From a candidate division WOR-3 bacterium (GTDB lineage: Bacteria; Hydrothermota; Tepidihabitantia; Tepidihabitantales; DTDR01): DNA of 30,438 nt. Under the pieces are notes generated by a model. That model worked only from the letters and a program-made list of their open reading frames with translations. It was not told where the DNA came from and ran no database searches. Location: contig JBDRVN010000016.1 in NCBI GenBank assembly GCA_039801885.1, positions 1 to 30,438 of the forward strand, written 5' to 3'. This document shows positions 17,100 to 26,922 of the stretch, piece by piece. Positions within the stretch are counted from its first letter, which is position 1. Every line of letters begins with the position of its first letter. A program made the position numbers and the translations under genes.

Positions 17100-18257
17100 A
17101 TGGAAAAAGAAAAAAGAAAGATTATTAATCTCTTTGCTACTGCTTCTTTTTTGAACGATTTAGGTTCGGATATTATCTATCCTTTATGGCCCTTATTTAT
17201 TAAAAATTTAAAAGCAAATATGGTTGCCTTAGGCTTGATTGATGGAATTGGTGATGCGGTCGTTTCCTTATCATCCTTTTTTTCGGGTTATATTGCTGAT
17301 AAAATAAAGAAAAGAAAAATATTTGTTTGGCTTGGTTATCTTTTTGGCTCTTTATCCAGAATTGGCTATGCTCTGGCAAAATTTTGGCCGATCCTTATTC
17401 CTTTAAAAATCCTTGACCGAACAGGTAAAATACGTCAGGCACCAAGAGACGCAATAATTGCCGATGTTTCCGACGATAGTAACCGAGGAAGAAACTTCGG
17501 TTTTTTAAGAACAATGGATAATTTGGGAGCTGTTTGCGGAATTCTCATCGCTATTCTATTTTTTAAATTTCTTGGTTTTAGGAAATTATTTTTCCTTGCT
17601 GCCTTACCTTCTTTAATTGGTGCTTTTTTAATAATTCTTTTTATAAAAGAAAGAAAAATAGAAAAGAAAACAACGACAAAAAGTTTAAATTTCTCTTTTA
17701 AATTTTTTGATAGAAACTATTATCTTTATCTTTTTTCCTCTTCCCTATTTTCTCTATCTTATTTCTCTTATTCTTTCCTTTTAATTTATGCTAATAATCT
17801 TGGTTTTAAAGAAGCCTTTATACCTTTATTTTATCTTATTTTTACTTTAACCGCCTCCTTATTTTCTCTTCCTTTTGGCAGACTTGCTGACAAAACTTCA
17901 AGAAGATTTACTTTATTTTTAAGTTATCTTTTTTGGATTATTGTAATTTTTGGATTTATCTACCTAAAATCAAAATCCTTATTCTTTCTTATTTTTTTAA
18001 TTTATGGACTAAATAAGGCTGCCTTGGAACCAAGCCAAAAAGCCTTGGTTTCTGAATTATCACCAATAGATTTTCGAGCAACCGGAATTGGCTTTTTCCA
18101 GATGATAAACGGAATAATTGCCCTTTTCTCTTCTTTTATTGCTGGTATTTTATGGGAAATATTCAATATGAAAGTTCCTTTTTATTTCTCTTTCTTTTTA
18201 ACGATTTTGGCAACGATGGTTTTATTATTCGTAAAAGAAAAGCGTCACTTAATATAA
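17100..18257 (+). CDS. MFS transporter
   Basis: Many hydrophobic segments; motif A GYIADKIKKRK and GRLADKTSRR; DR.GK..R.APRDA.IAD. Confidence 0.92.
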   Translation: MEKEKRKIINLFATASFLNDLGSDIIYPLWPLFIKNLKANMVALGLIDGIGDAVVSLSSFFSGYIADKIKKRKIFVWLGYLFGSLSRIGYALAKFWPILIPLKILDRTGKIRQAPRDAIIADVSDDSNRGRNFGFLRTMDNLGAVCGILIAILFFKFLGFRKLFFLAALPSLIGAFLIILFIKERKIEKKTTTKSLNFSFKFFDRNYYLYLFSSSLFSLSYFSYSFLLIYANNLGFKEAFIPLFYLIFTLTASLFSLPFGRLADKTSRRFTLFLSYLFWIIVIFGFIYLKSKSLFFLIFLIYGLNKAALEPSQKALVSELSPIDFRATGIGFFQMINGIIALFSSFIAGILWEIFNMKVPFYFSFFLTILATMVLLFVKEKRHLI

Positions 18258-21200
18258 ATAATCTTCTTTTTTATCTTTTCATTCTCTTGCGTAAGGATAA
18301 TATAGTAAATTCCGTTAGGTAATTTCCTCTGCCAGTTTTTCTCAATCTTGCCTTCAAAAATCTTTTTACCAGCGATCTCATAAATAGTTAACTTTAGATT
18401 ATCTTTTGGATTTAAAAGAAACTTACCTTTCTGAATTGTTGGAATAGTTTTTGGATTTATCTTTTTAGCAAGAGAAATATATTCTTTTACTCCGATATAA
18501 CCGATAGTATCGGTAGTAAATTTAATCGCTCGACCAGCAACAATTGGAGCACAAGCACGATGATAAGTATTATTATACAAGGCATTTATACCAATCATAT
18601 TTGTCTGATCTTCAATACCAACAGTATTTGATGTATAATTATTGGCAGTAAGATATTGGAAAATTATTTCGTTATCACCGGTATAAGTCCTCACTGTTGT
18701 ATCATAGATAATTATCTGAAACTTATCCCAAGATGCCCTTGGATTATAATAATGAACACTGTCCCATTCTAAAATCATTCGATGATTTAAGGTATCATAA
18801 TAGAACCAAACGCCATTTCCTTGAGGAGGATATAAATCATCCCAATTAACACAAATCATCGCACTCGGATTTGTTGATGTCGGGTCAGGCAACGGCTGAT
18901 TAGTATACACAGTTGATGTTGTCCTTATTGGACTTGCCCAACCATTACCACAAACTGATAAAGAATCGCTATACCTTACTCCGTAATAATAAATCGGAAA
19001 TAATAATGGTATCCTTATTGTCTGATCATCAGAAGTTATTGGTAATCTTGCACCAACACCTCTAATTTCAACCCATTCAAATCGTGGACATTCAACATAA
19101 AAACTATCAATATCATCGTATGCCCAATATCTTATTGGTGAAGCATTATCCGGTATCGGATCAGTAATCCTTAATTCACCAACGACAATTGTTAAATAAC
19201 AAGAAAATAGATAGTTATCCGAATAAATTCTTAAACTACAAGGAATTGGTGTCTCTGGTGGAATATTGGGTAAAGTTTGAACAACAAATTTATCTTGATT
19301 ATTAAACTTAGTTGAATCTTTAAAAATTGTATCATAAGTCCCAATTGAATCTAAAACAATTAGCCTTTCATCAAGAGATTTTAAAATAGCGTAGACGTTA
19401 TAACCATTACCAAGTCCTTGGTTTTTTATACCAATTGTTAAAGAAGATATCTCATTTGGATCAAGTCTACCATTATTATTTCCACCTGGTGGCGAATCAT
19501 AAACAACAATTTCCCGATTAACTAAAATTGGTGTACCAACATATAAGGTTAATCTTGATTCCCAAATCGAATCTAAGGTATCTTCAATAGAAAAAACCAA
19601 AGGAATTGAATAACCGTTGGGAAGATTTTCGGAAACCCGAATATTAAACCCATCTTCACCAGTAAATACAGAATCAAAAGGAGCAATGGAAGAAAAATAT
19701 TTAAAGGAATCTAAGATAACAACATTGGTATCAGGTTGTCTTAACCTTAAATAAATTTTTACCCCTTCAACTTCGTAATCGTTATAATTCTTAAACCAGG
19801 TTGGTATCTCAACCTCTTCGCCAGGATTTAATATTCTATCACCATTTCCCATCGGCGGTTCATCAATTAAATAATGAGCAAGATATCTGACTCCTGTTCT
19901 TGGTCTTAATTGAATACCACCAGTAATTACTACTGAATAAGGTTGAGGAATAGAAGTAACAACATTTTGTGCCATTATTTTTAAATTCCATCTTCCCAAT
20001 TCCGGTTGATTAATCCTAAATACTTCTAAGGGATTTATGTTATCGTATGGCTGAGTAGGATTTTGAACAGATTGACCATTTTGATAAATATTTCCTTTAT
20101 AAAAATTACCTGATGGTGAAGTCAACAAAACATCTAAATTGTTAATCAATGCTGGATTAGCACCTGGTGCGGCAGCAGTATCAGTCCAAACAACGGCTAT
20201 TCTTAAAGGAATGTTATCATTCACTTCAAATTCATACTCCACATATTCACCAGTTCTTAAACCAATTGTATCGTCATATAAAAGAAGTTTTCTTCTATCA
20301 GGAATTGGTTGAGCAAAATATAAAACAGAATCAATATTTACCCTTCCCCAACCAACATATTCTGAAGGAATAACATAATTTCCGATATTTGGATCACAAG
20401 AAACAATTAAACAGGCTTTTACTAAGGAAGCAGAGATATAGGGGAAAGAATCATCGGGATTAGGAACACCAGAAGGATAAAAACCTCTTTTTAGATAACT
20501 TCTAATAAGTCCACAAGCACCATTCACTGCTGGTGCGGCCATACTTGTTCCACTCATATCAATATAACCATTTTGAGTACCCCTTTGGGCAGAATAAATG
20601 AGCTCTCCTGGCACACAAACATCGGGTTTAATTCTTCCATCAGGCGCTGGTCCGCGAGAAGAATAACTTGATAAAACCGTAGAATTTAAACCATTTTGAA
20701 GTGAGCCACAAGCAATTATTGATTTGGAATTTCCTGGTTCGGTTATCCGATATTGAGTAGATTGTCCCTGATTGCCACAAGATTTTATAATTATCACATC
20801 TTTATTTAACCAAGAAAATATATCAACCGAAGCACTGGCATTGGTATATTGTCCCATTGTTCCTGTCCACCAGGAATTAGAAATAGTATATACTTTTAAC
20901 TCAGGATTTCTTAACCAATTTGTCATCTTATTAAAAGGACCTGTCAAATCCCAACCAGTTGGTTGCGGAATTGGTGCCAATATACCAATTCTTGCTCCTT
21001 TGGAATGACCATCGTTAGGATTTGTTCCGCCCATTAAAGAATCGTTTCCACCAATTGTTCCGCCAACATGGGTTCCATGACCATCGGGATCAGAAGGTGC
21101 TAAATAGGTCTCCCAATTTTTAAAGAATACTACTTTTCGATGATTAGGATATTCACCTGTATCAGGAATAGAAACATTTGGATCAAAAAATGCCCAATGT

Positions 21201-21958
21201 AAAATATCCAAACCTGTATCAGTATATCCTAAAATCTCATTCACTCCATAAATCCCTTGCTCCCAAATTCTTCTATTCTCTTGTGCCCAAGTCTGAATTA
21301 CCCATTGACAATTAACATTTTCCAATTCCGGTGGATGCCATTCTTCAATAGAAAAGATATAAGGTAAACTAGCTAAAATTGTAATATCCTCTCTTTTTGC
21401 TTCTACCTCAATAACTTTAAAATATTCTGACTCAGCATAACGAATAATCTTAAAACCTTTATTAGTTAAATCATTAACTGCAGAAATTAAATCTTCTGGA
21501 TAGAATAAAGTTAAAGTAAGAATTCCCGATTCTCTATCTTTTAAAATTGTTGAAGCAAATTTATAACCTGGTTGATAAATTCCAATCCAACGGATATAAG
21601 GTAATTTCTCTATCTTTTCTCTTATTTTGTTATCCATCTTCACAACTAAAAGATACCGAGAATGAAAACCAAGAGTTAAAGCACCAAGATTTCTTATCTC
21701 CTCTACCATATAACGATAAACCGGACCTTTCAATTGAATAAGATAATAACCAATCCCATCTTGTGGATAAGCATCAATAATTAAATCTTTTGATAAAGGC
21801 GGTAAAGAAGATAATGGATCAAATTTTGGCAAGTCCCAAAAGCCAATAAAAAAATCATTAGAATTAGCAGTTGGTGAATAGAAACCAAAATTTTTTGGTG
21901 CTAATGGACTTTTAGCAAAAATAATTAAAGGAATTAAAAATATAACTATTCTCTTCAT
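18245..21958 (-). CDS. Secreted S8 (subtilisin-like) serine peptidase, multidomain, with T9SS-like CTD
   Basis: DTGLD, HGTHVGG, GTSMAAP triad; SSRGP..DGRIKPD; P-domain-like WTD...NNLDV; two D..P.GN....L.P.E modules; AGGAGG SD. Confidence 0.92.
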   Translation of the reverse strand: MKRIVIFLIPLIIFAKSPLAPKNFGFYSPTANSNDFFIGFWDLPKFDPLSSLPPLSKDLIIDAYPQDGIGYYLIQLKGPVYRYMVEEIRNLGALTLGFHSRYLLVVKMDNKIREKIEKLPYIRWIGIYQPGYKFASTILKDRESGILTLTLFYPEDLISAVNDLTNKGFKIIRYAESEYFKVIEVEAKREDITILASLPYIFSIEEWHPPELENVNCQWVIQTWAQENRRIWEQGIYGVNEILGYTDTGLDILHWAFFDPNVSIPDTGEYPNHRKVVFFKNWETYLAPSDPDGHGTHVGGTIGGNDSLMGGTNPNDGHSKGARIGILAPIPQPTGWDLTGPFNKMTNWLRNPELKVYTISNSWWTGTMGQYTNASASVDIFSWLNKDVIIIKSCGNQGQSTQYRITEPGNSKSIIACGSLQNGLNSTVLSSYSSRGPAPDGRIKPDVCVPGELIYSAQRGTQNGYIDMSGTSMAAPAVNGACGLIRSYLKRGFYPSGVPNPDDSFPYISASLVKACLIVSCDPNIGNYVIPSEYVGWGRVNIDSVLYFAQPIPDRRKLLLYDDTIGLRTGEYVEYEFEVNDNIPLRIAVVWTDTAAAPGANPALINNLDVLLTSPSGNFYKGNIYQNGQSVQNPTQPYDNINPLEVFRINQPELGRWNLKIMAQNVVTSIPQPYSVVITGGIQLRPRTGVRYLAHYLIDEPPMGNGDRILNPGEEVEIPTWFKNYNDYEVEGVKIYLRLRQPDTNVVILDSFKYFSSIAPFDSVFTGEDGFNIRVSENLPNGYSIPLVFSIEDTLDSIWESRLTLYVGTPILVNREIVVYDSPPGGNNNGRLDPNEISSLTIGIKNQGLGNGYNVYAILKSLDERLIVLDSIGTYDTIFKDSTKFNNQDKFVVQTLPNIPPETPIPCSLRIYSDNYLFSCYLTIVVGELRITDPIPDNASPIRYWAYDDIDSFYVECPRFEWVEIRGVGARLPITSDDQTIRIPLLFPIYYYGVRYSDSLSVCGNGWASPIRTTSTVYTNQPLPDPTSTNPSAMICVNWDDLYPPQGNGVWFYYDTLNHRMILEWDSVHYYNPRASWDKFQIIIYDTTVRTYTGDNEIIFQYLTANNYTSNTVGIEDQTNMIGINALYNNTYHRACAPIVAGRAIKFTTDTIGYIGVKEYISLAKKINPKTIPTIQKGKFLLNPKDNLKLTIYEIAGKKIFEGKIEKNWQRKLPNGIYYIILTQENEKIKKKIIYIK

Positions 21959-21977
21959 TTTTTCCTCCTTTTAAAAA

Positions 21978-23819
21978 TTATTTTATTTTTATTATTTTAT
22001 AAAAATTATTTTTTCTTCTTACAAAATAAATTCCTTTTTTTATTTTATCAACTTTTTGACCGTTTGATAGATAATAAGTCTCTTCTTTTTGTAAATATAT
22101 TTTTTTCTTTGTCTCTTCACTTATTCCCACCGGATTTCTTAATCTCACATACATACTACAAACCGAACGGTTATTAGAAACATCATAGGCATAAACTTTA
22201 ACTAAATATCTACCATTTGAAAAATTTCTTGTCTGCCAACAATAATTAGCATCACTACTTTCTATAATACTATCGCCATCGGTATTAGTAAAAATAAAAT
22301 AATAATCACGATAACTATAATCACCTCTTGTTCGACAAGTATTATCCTGTTTGTAAACAACACTAACTAATTGGTCTGCAGGTAAACAACCAGTAAAAGA
22401 GAAAGATAAGGTTCTATATAATGTTTCGTATTCACCGATAATCTCATATTCAATTTTTAAGGGAATAAGTTTATCCCAGATATTATTACCAGTTGAAATG
22501 ATAAATTTATCATAAATTTTGGCAATTATATCAACATCCCCGTATAAACTATCCGGATTTAAATAAGTTGAAGTATTATTTACGCAAAAGGCAAAATATT
22601 GATTTTGTCTTGCATATTCAAAAGTTGGTGGAATTGTATCTAAATTTGGTCTTAATAAAATCAAAGGATTAAAAACGAATGCCCAATCAGCCCTGGGCCA
22701 AGTATAACCCTCATCTTTTATTTTCGCAAAATGAATATGGTCGAAACCCTCTACTGGCCAAGGAACTAAATAGCCAATAAGTTCACCTCTCATAACATAA
22801 TCACCCACTTGTTTATGATAACGGGCAGAATCAATATGGGCATATAAATAACCTTCGCAAGAATCCGGATATTCTAAAGAAGAATCAGCAATCGCCAACC
22901 GCCAGTGATAAGTTGCTTGGATTGTTAACCAGGCTTTCACCCAACCATCTTTTACCGCATAAACCGGAACTCCTTGCCTCGTTGGTGTTAATATGTCAAT
23001 ACCAGGATGAAAATAAGATGAACCACCATAATTTTGATATTCTCCCCAATTATTACCTAAAGGTTGTAAAGAATCGGTTGGCGGCAAGGGCCAAGGAATG
23101 GCATCAGATATAAAATTTTCATACAGATTTTTTCTTTCTTTTTTATTAAAGTAGTTCAAAAGATAACTATTATTATAAGTCTTACCATAAATCTTATTAT
23201 CTCTTATTTCTATATCCAAAACTATTTCATCTTCTTTCTCATAATAGTTTAAAAATCTTTTTATCAAATTACCATCGAAATCAAAAAGATAAGTCTCAAA
23301 CAAAAACTCTTTCCGATTTTCACTTACTATACCAATAAAACTATCAAGAAATTTAACAAAAATTAAAGGTAAAGAAAAACTTCTTTCCCATAAAAGATTT
23401 TTATTCTCTAAATCAAATAATGAAAAAGAGTTTTTATCCAATAGCCCAATATATCTTTCATCTTCCGAGAAAATAATCTTTCTTAATACCTTTTCTTTTA
23501 AGTTAATTCTAAAGAAGAATAGAAAATCTTTATAAACCCTTATCTCTTTGTCGTCGTAAATCAAAAGATATTTACCGGTTTTAGAAACTTCTATCCCACC
23601 CTTATCTTTTATTTTCTTTAACTCTTTCCCTTTATTATCAAAAACATAAATATAATCTTTTTCTATTAAATATAAATTATTATTTTTGTCAGTTTTATAG
23701 CCATAAAAATCGCCTTCAATCCTTTTTATTAATTTTTCTCTCTCATAAAAATTAACTATTTTTATTTTTTCTTTGCCTTCCAAGGTGAAGAAATTAAAGA
23801 GATAAAATAAAATTAGCAA
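21978..23819 (-). CDS. Secreted M23-family metallopeptidase-like protein with N-terminal beta-rich region and short CTD
   Basis: FHPGIDI (HxxxD), PVYAVKDG, YAHI, DHIHF (HxH); TTG start next to the upstream stop. Confidence 0.75.
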   Translation of the reverse strand: MLILFYLFNFFTLEGKEKIKIVNFYEREKLIKRIEGDFYGYKTDKNNNLYLIEKDYIYVFDNKGKELKKIKDKGGIEVSKTGKYLLIYDDKEIRVYKDFLFFFRINLKEKVLRKIIFSEDERYIGLLDKNSFSLFDLENKNLLWERSFSLPLIFVKFLDSFIGIVSENRKEFLFETYLFDFDGNLIKRFLNYYEKEDEIVLDIEIRDNKIYGKTYNNSYLLNYFNKKERKNLYENFISDAIPWPLPPTDSLQPLGNNWGEYQNYGGSSYFHPGIDILTPTRQGVPVYAVKDGWVKAWLTIQATYHWRLAIADSSLEYPDSCEGYLYAHIDSARYHKQVGDYVMRGELIGYLVPWPVEGFDHIHFAKIKDEGYTWPRADWAFVFNPLILLRPNLDTIPPTFEYARQNQYFAFCVNNTSTYLNPDSLYGDVDIIAKIYDKFIISTGNNIWDKLIPLKIEYEIIGEYETLYRTLSFSFTGCLPADQLVSVVYKQDNTCRTRGDYSYRDYYFIFTNTDGDSIIESSDANYCWQTRNFSNGRYLVKVYAYDVSNNRSVCSMYVRLRNPVGISEETKKKIYLQKEETYYLSNGQKVDKIKKGIYFVRRKNNFYKIIKIK

Positions 23820-23820
23820 G

Positions 23821-25656
23821 TTAGTTTAAAATAAATATTTTCTTATATTGGTCTTTAATTTTCAGAAAGTATAATCCTTTCCTTATATTATTTATCTTAA
23901 CTTTTCTACCATCTTTTTGATAGATTTCATAATCCTTTTTTAATAAGTCCTTTTTTCTAACAAATAGAGCAAAAATATTTATCTCTCTCAATTTTTTATA
24001 CTCTTCTTCGTTTAGAGAAACAACTTGCGATTGTTTTAAAAGCCAATTTTCTGGGTCAAAAACCAAGGAGATTGGTGAAGAAGAAAAATAAAAAGTATAA
24101 TTTTGAGGATTGGTATCGTTTATTACAGTAATAACTGTTTCACCATTGGCTAAATTGAACTTAAAACTGATCGGCATAATAAAAGTTTCCGGTGCATTAG
24201 CACCATTATTTTGACTAACTGTCAAATTTACTTGATTTCCTTGAAAAGAATAATAAATAGTATATTTAGGATAGCCTGCCTGATATATCCATTGGTCAAA
24301 AAATCGCTCCAAATTAATTCCACTAACTTGGCTTAATATCCTTTTTAAATCTTCGGTATTAGCATTTCTGTAAGCAAAACTATCCCGATAAGCTCTTAAA
24401 CCTCTAAAAAATATTCCCCTTTCTGTAAAACTGGTATCTTCCATTAAATATCTTAACATATGTAAAATCCAACTTGCTTTACAATAGGTGTGGCCATAAT
24501 CAAATAGATGTTCTAATGGCGGATTATATAATGGTCTCCGATAAGAAGCATCTTCACTAAAATAATACTGGGCTCTTTGATCCATCAGATTTTTAAAATA
24601 ATCTCTACCATTTCTAAATCCTAAATATAAGGCATCAGAATAGGTAGCAAACCCTTCATTTAACCAGATATCAGCAAAGCTAAAACAGGTAACCATATCT
24701 CCCCACCATTGATGGGAAAGTTCGTGGGCAATTCCACCTTCACTTCCCTGAGTAACCCATTGCCGATGAATAGTTGTCATTGTTTGATGTTCCATTCCAC
24801 CCCACATAAAAGGATATACCGCATCCATTCCGTATTTTTCAAAAGGAAATATTCCATACATATTGGTATCAGAAAAGAACTGTATCATCAAAGGAACATT
24901 ATTAAAAGAACTAACTGCCCTTAAAGAATCTTCCGGCCAGATAAAATATTTTATTTCAAAAGAATCATTTGGTGAATTGTGATACCAATGAGAAAAAGTG
25001 GCATATTTTGAACAGGCAAAATGGATTAAATAAGTTGAAATCGGATAGGAATGAGACCAGAAATAGGTTTTAAAATCTTGATTCTCTTTTATACTATCTA
25101 AAATTCCATTACAACAGACGAAATAACTATCCGGACAAGTTATTTCAAACAAAACACCCCTTTCCGCCTTTTCCCAAGGTTCATCAAAACAACAAAACCA
25201 ATATCTTGAATCATAAGGTTCAGTACAAGTATAGGCAATATTATGTAAAGTGTTGCCACTTCTTCGATAAAAATAAAATCCTAAATTCGGTACATTATTT
25301 TCTCGGTGATAATATATCTCCAAATCAATTAATTCGTTTGGCATCAAATTTCTATCAAGTTGAATTTTTAAATAACCATTTTCTTGTCTAAAATTTTGCC
25401 TTCTATTTTCTAATTTTACTGAATCACAAATAAGATTAACAAAATGGAAACTTAAAGTATCTGTTAAGATATTTGATTTTAAACTAATAACTTCTTTACA
25501 GGAAAAATAACCATTATCCATCGGCAAAAAGATATTAAAAGCATATTTTCTAACATCATAATAATAAGAAGTATCTGCGGGCTTTAAAATATCTGTCCTT
25601 AAGAATTTGCCATCAAAGACTTGGTTAAAAAGAAAAGAAAAGAAGATAAAAAACAT
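23821..25656 (-). CDS. M1 family zinc aminopeptidase with short CTD
   Basis: GGMEH, HELSHQWWGD...WLNEGFATY (HExxH-x18-E), YCKASWILHMLR. Confidence 0.93.
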   Translation of the reverse strand: MFFIFFSFLFNQVFDGKFLRTDILKPADTSYYYDVRKYAFNIFLPMDNGYFSCKEVISLKSNILTDTLSFHFVNLICDSVKLENRRQNFRQENGYLKIQLDRNLMPNELIDLEIYYHRENNVPNLGFYFYRRSGNTLHNIAYTCTEPYDSRYWFCCFDEPWEKAERGVLFEITCPDSYFVCCNGILDSIKENQDFKTYFWSHSYPISTYLIHFACSKYATFSHWYHNSPNDSFEIKYFIWPEDSLRAVSSFNNVPLMIQFFSDTNMYGIFPFEKYGMDAVYPFMWGGMEHQTMTTIHRQWVTQGSEGGIAHELSHQWWGDMVTCFSFADIWLNEGFATYSDALYLGFRNGRDYFKNLMDQRAQYYFSEDASYRRPLYNPPLEHLFDYGHTYCKASWILHMLRYLMEDTSFTERGIFFRGLRAYRDSFAYRNANTEDLKRILSQVSGINLERFFDQWIYQAGYPKYTIYYSFQGNQVNLTVSQNNGANAPETFIMPISFKFNLANGETVITVINDTNPQNYTFYFSSSPISLVFDPENWLLKQSQVVSLNEEEYKKLREINIFALFVRKKDLLKKDYEIYQKDGRKVKINNIRKGLYFLKIKDQYKKIFILN

Positions 25657-25662
25657 TAAAAT

Positions 25663-25690
25663 ATTTTAATTAAAATATTTCAAAAATCAA
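25663..25690 (-). promoter_or_regulatory. Putative leaderless promoter of the M1-M23-S8 peptidase run
   Basis: TTGATT(25690-25685)-16 nt-TAAAAT(25668-25663), 6 nt before ATG 25656. Confidence 0.5.
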
Positions 25691-25731
25691 TTTTTAATAT
25701 AGCGAAGGTTTAGCCCGTATATTAATTTAGG

Positions 25732-25759
25732 TTGACATTTAGAAAATTTTTGCTATATT
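25732..25759 (+). promoter_or_regulatory. Sigma70 promoter of tRNA-fMet
   Basis: TTGACA(25732-25737)-16 nt-TATATT(25754-25759), with extended -10 TG at 25751-25752. Confidence 0.7.
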
Positions 25760-25770
25760 TATATATAAAC

Positions 25771-25844
25771 TGCGGGGTGGAGCAGCCTGGTAGCTCGTGA
25801 GGCTCATAACCTCAAGGTCGTGGGTTCAAATCCCACCCCCGCTA
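25771..25844 (+). tRNA. tRNA-Met(CAT), initiator (fMet) type; CCA not encoded
   Basis: TGCGGGGTGGAGCAGCCTGGTAGCTCGTGAGGCTCATAACCTCAAGGTCGTGGGTTCAAATCCCACCCCCGCTA: cloverleaf, CAT anticodon, 1:72 mismatch, A11:U24, TTCAAAT T-loop. Confidence 0.97.
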
Positions 25845-25851
25845 TTTTTTT

Positions 25852-26922
25852 ATGTTTCCCCTTTTAATCCAACTACCAATTGGGCGGGGACATCCTAATT
25901 ATTTAAACCTATTAAAACAAGAACTAAATATCCCCTATTTTTATATAGAAATTCCTTTAAATATTAATATTATAAAATTATTAAATTTTTTATATAAAAA
26001 TTCACCAAGAAATTTATTTAGTCTATCAATTTATAATAAATTAAGAGAAAAAGGAGAGACACCAAATTTTCTTATTAAAAAATTAAACAGAGAAATTAAA
26101 AGATTTTTACCCAAAGAAAAGTATTTAATTGTTGTCTCCCATCCCATTTTGGTAAAGGCATTAGAAGAGAAAGAAAATCTTTATTATCTTCATTGTGAGA
26201 ATGCCTTTCCCAAAGAAGCAGTATGTAATGCCAAAAAAATATTTGTTCCATTAGAGATTACCAAAGAAAAGGCAATATCCTACGGAATGGATAAAGAAAA
26301 AATTGTTGTCACTAATTTATTTATAGAGAAAGAATTGGTAACTTTAAAAGAAATGGGTTATGAGAAAAGAATTGAAAGGATTAAAAATAAGGAAAGATTA
26401 AGTTGTGCTATCTTTCTTTCTGGTGCCTATCCTAAATTTCATATAAAAGAGATTTTTAAGTACATAAAATATTTTAGTCTAAATAATATCAGAACCTTTC
26501 TTTTTAGCGGCATAAATTATTCTTATTATCTTTATTTCCAGAGAAAACTTTTTAGCGAAGGTGTGTATGTAATAAAAAGCAAAAATTGGGAAGAAGAGAT
26601 TAAGAAGTTTCAAGAGATTTTTTTAGATATTGATTTTTTTATCGCTGCCTCTCACGAAAGAACAAATTGGGCATTAGGGCTTTCTTTGCCAATGTTTGTT
26701 TTAAGTCCTTTTATTGGTTCTTATGCTTATGAAAATTATGAAATTGCCAAAAATTATGGTATTGCTTCATTATTAGAAGATATTAAAAATTTAAATAGAA
26801 ATGATTTATATAGAAAATTACTTCAAATGAATATAAGTTGCTATAATAAATTTTTCACTAATGGCGCAAAAGTTACTTCGGAAATTATTGAAAGAGAATT
26901 ATCTAATTTTAATAACTTTTAA
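25852..26922 (+). CDS. Hypothetical protein, probable divergent GT-B glycosyltransferase (MGDG synthase/UgtP-like)
   Basis: N-terminal IGRGH (cf. GxGH), KEKAISYGMDKEKIVVT, DFFIA...ALGLSLPMFVLSP.IG...EN resemble the GT28/UgtP pattern. Confidence 0.5.
   Translation: MFPLLIQLPIGRGHPNYLNLLKQELNIPYFYIEIPLNINIIKLLNFLYKNSPRNLFSLSIYNKLREKGETPNFLIKKLNREIKRFLPKEKYLIVVSHPILVKALEEKENLYYLHCENAFPKEAVCNAKKIFVPLEITKEKAISYGMDKEKIVVTNLFIEKELVTLKEMGYEKRIERIKNKERLSCAIFLSGAYPKFHIKEIFKYIKYFSLNNIRTFLFSGINYSYYLYFQRKLFSEGVYVIKSKNWEEEIKKFQEIFLDIDFFIAASHERTNWALGLSLPMFVLSPFIGSYAYENYEIAKNYGIASLLEDIKNLNRNDLYRKLLQMNISCYNKFFTNGAKVTSEIIERELSNFNNF

Noticed and set aside
25771-25860. tRNA as integration site of an island or prophage
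   Set aside because: No duplicated tRNA 3' end and no integrase seen in the window.
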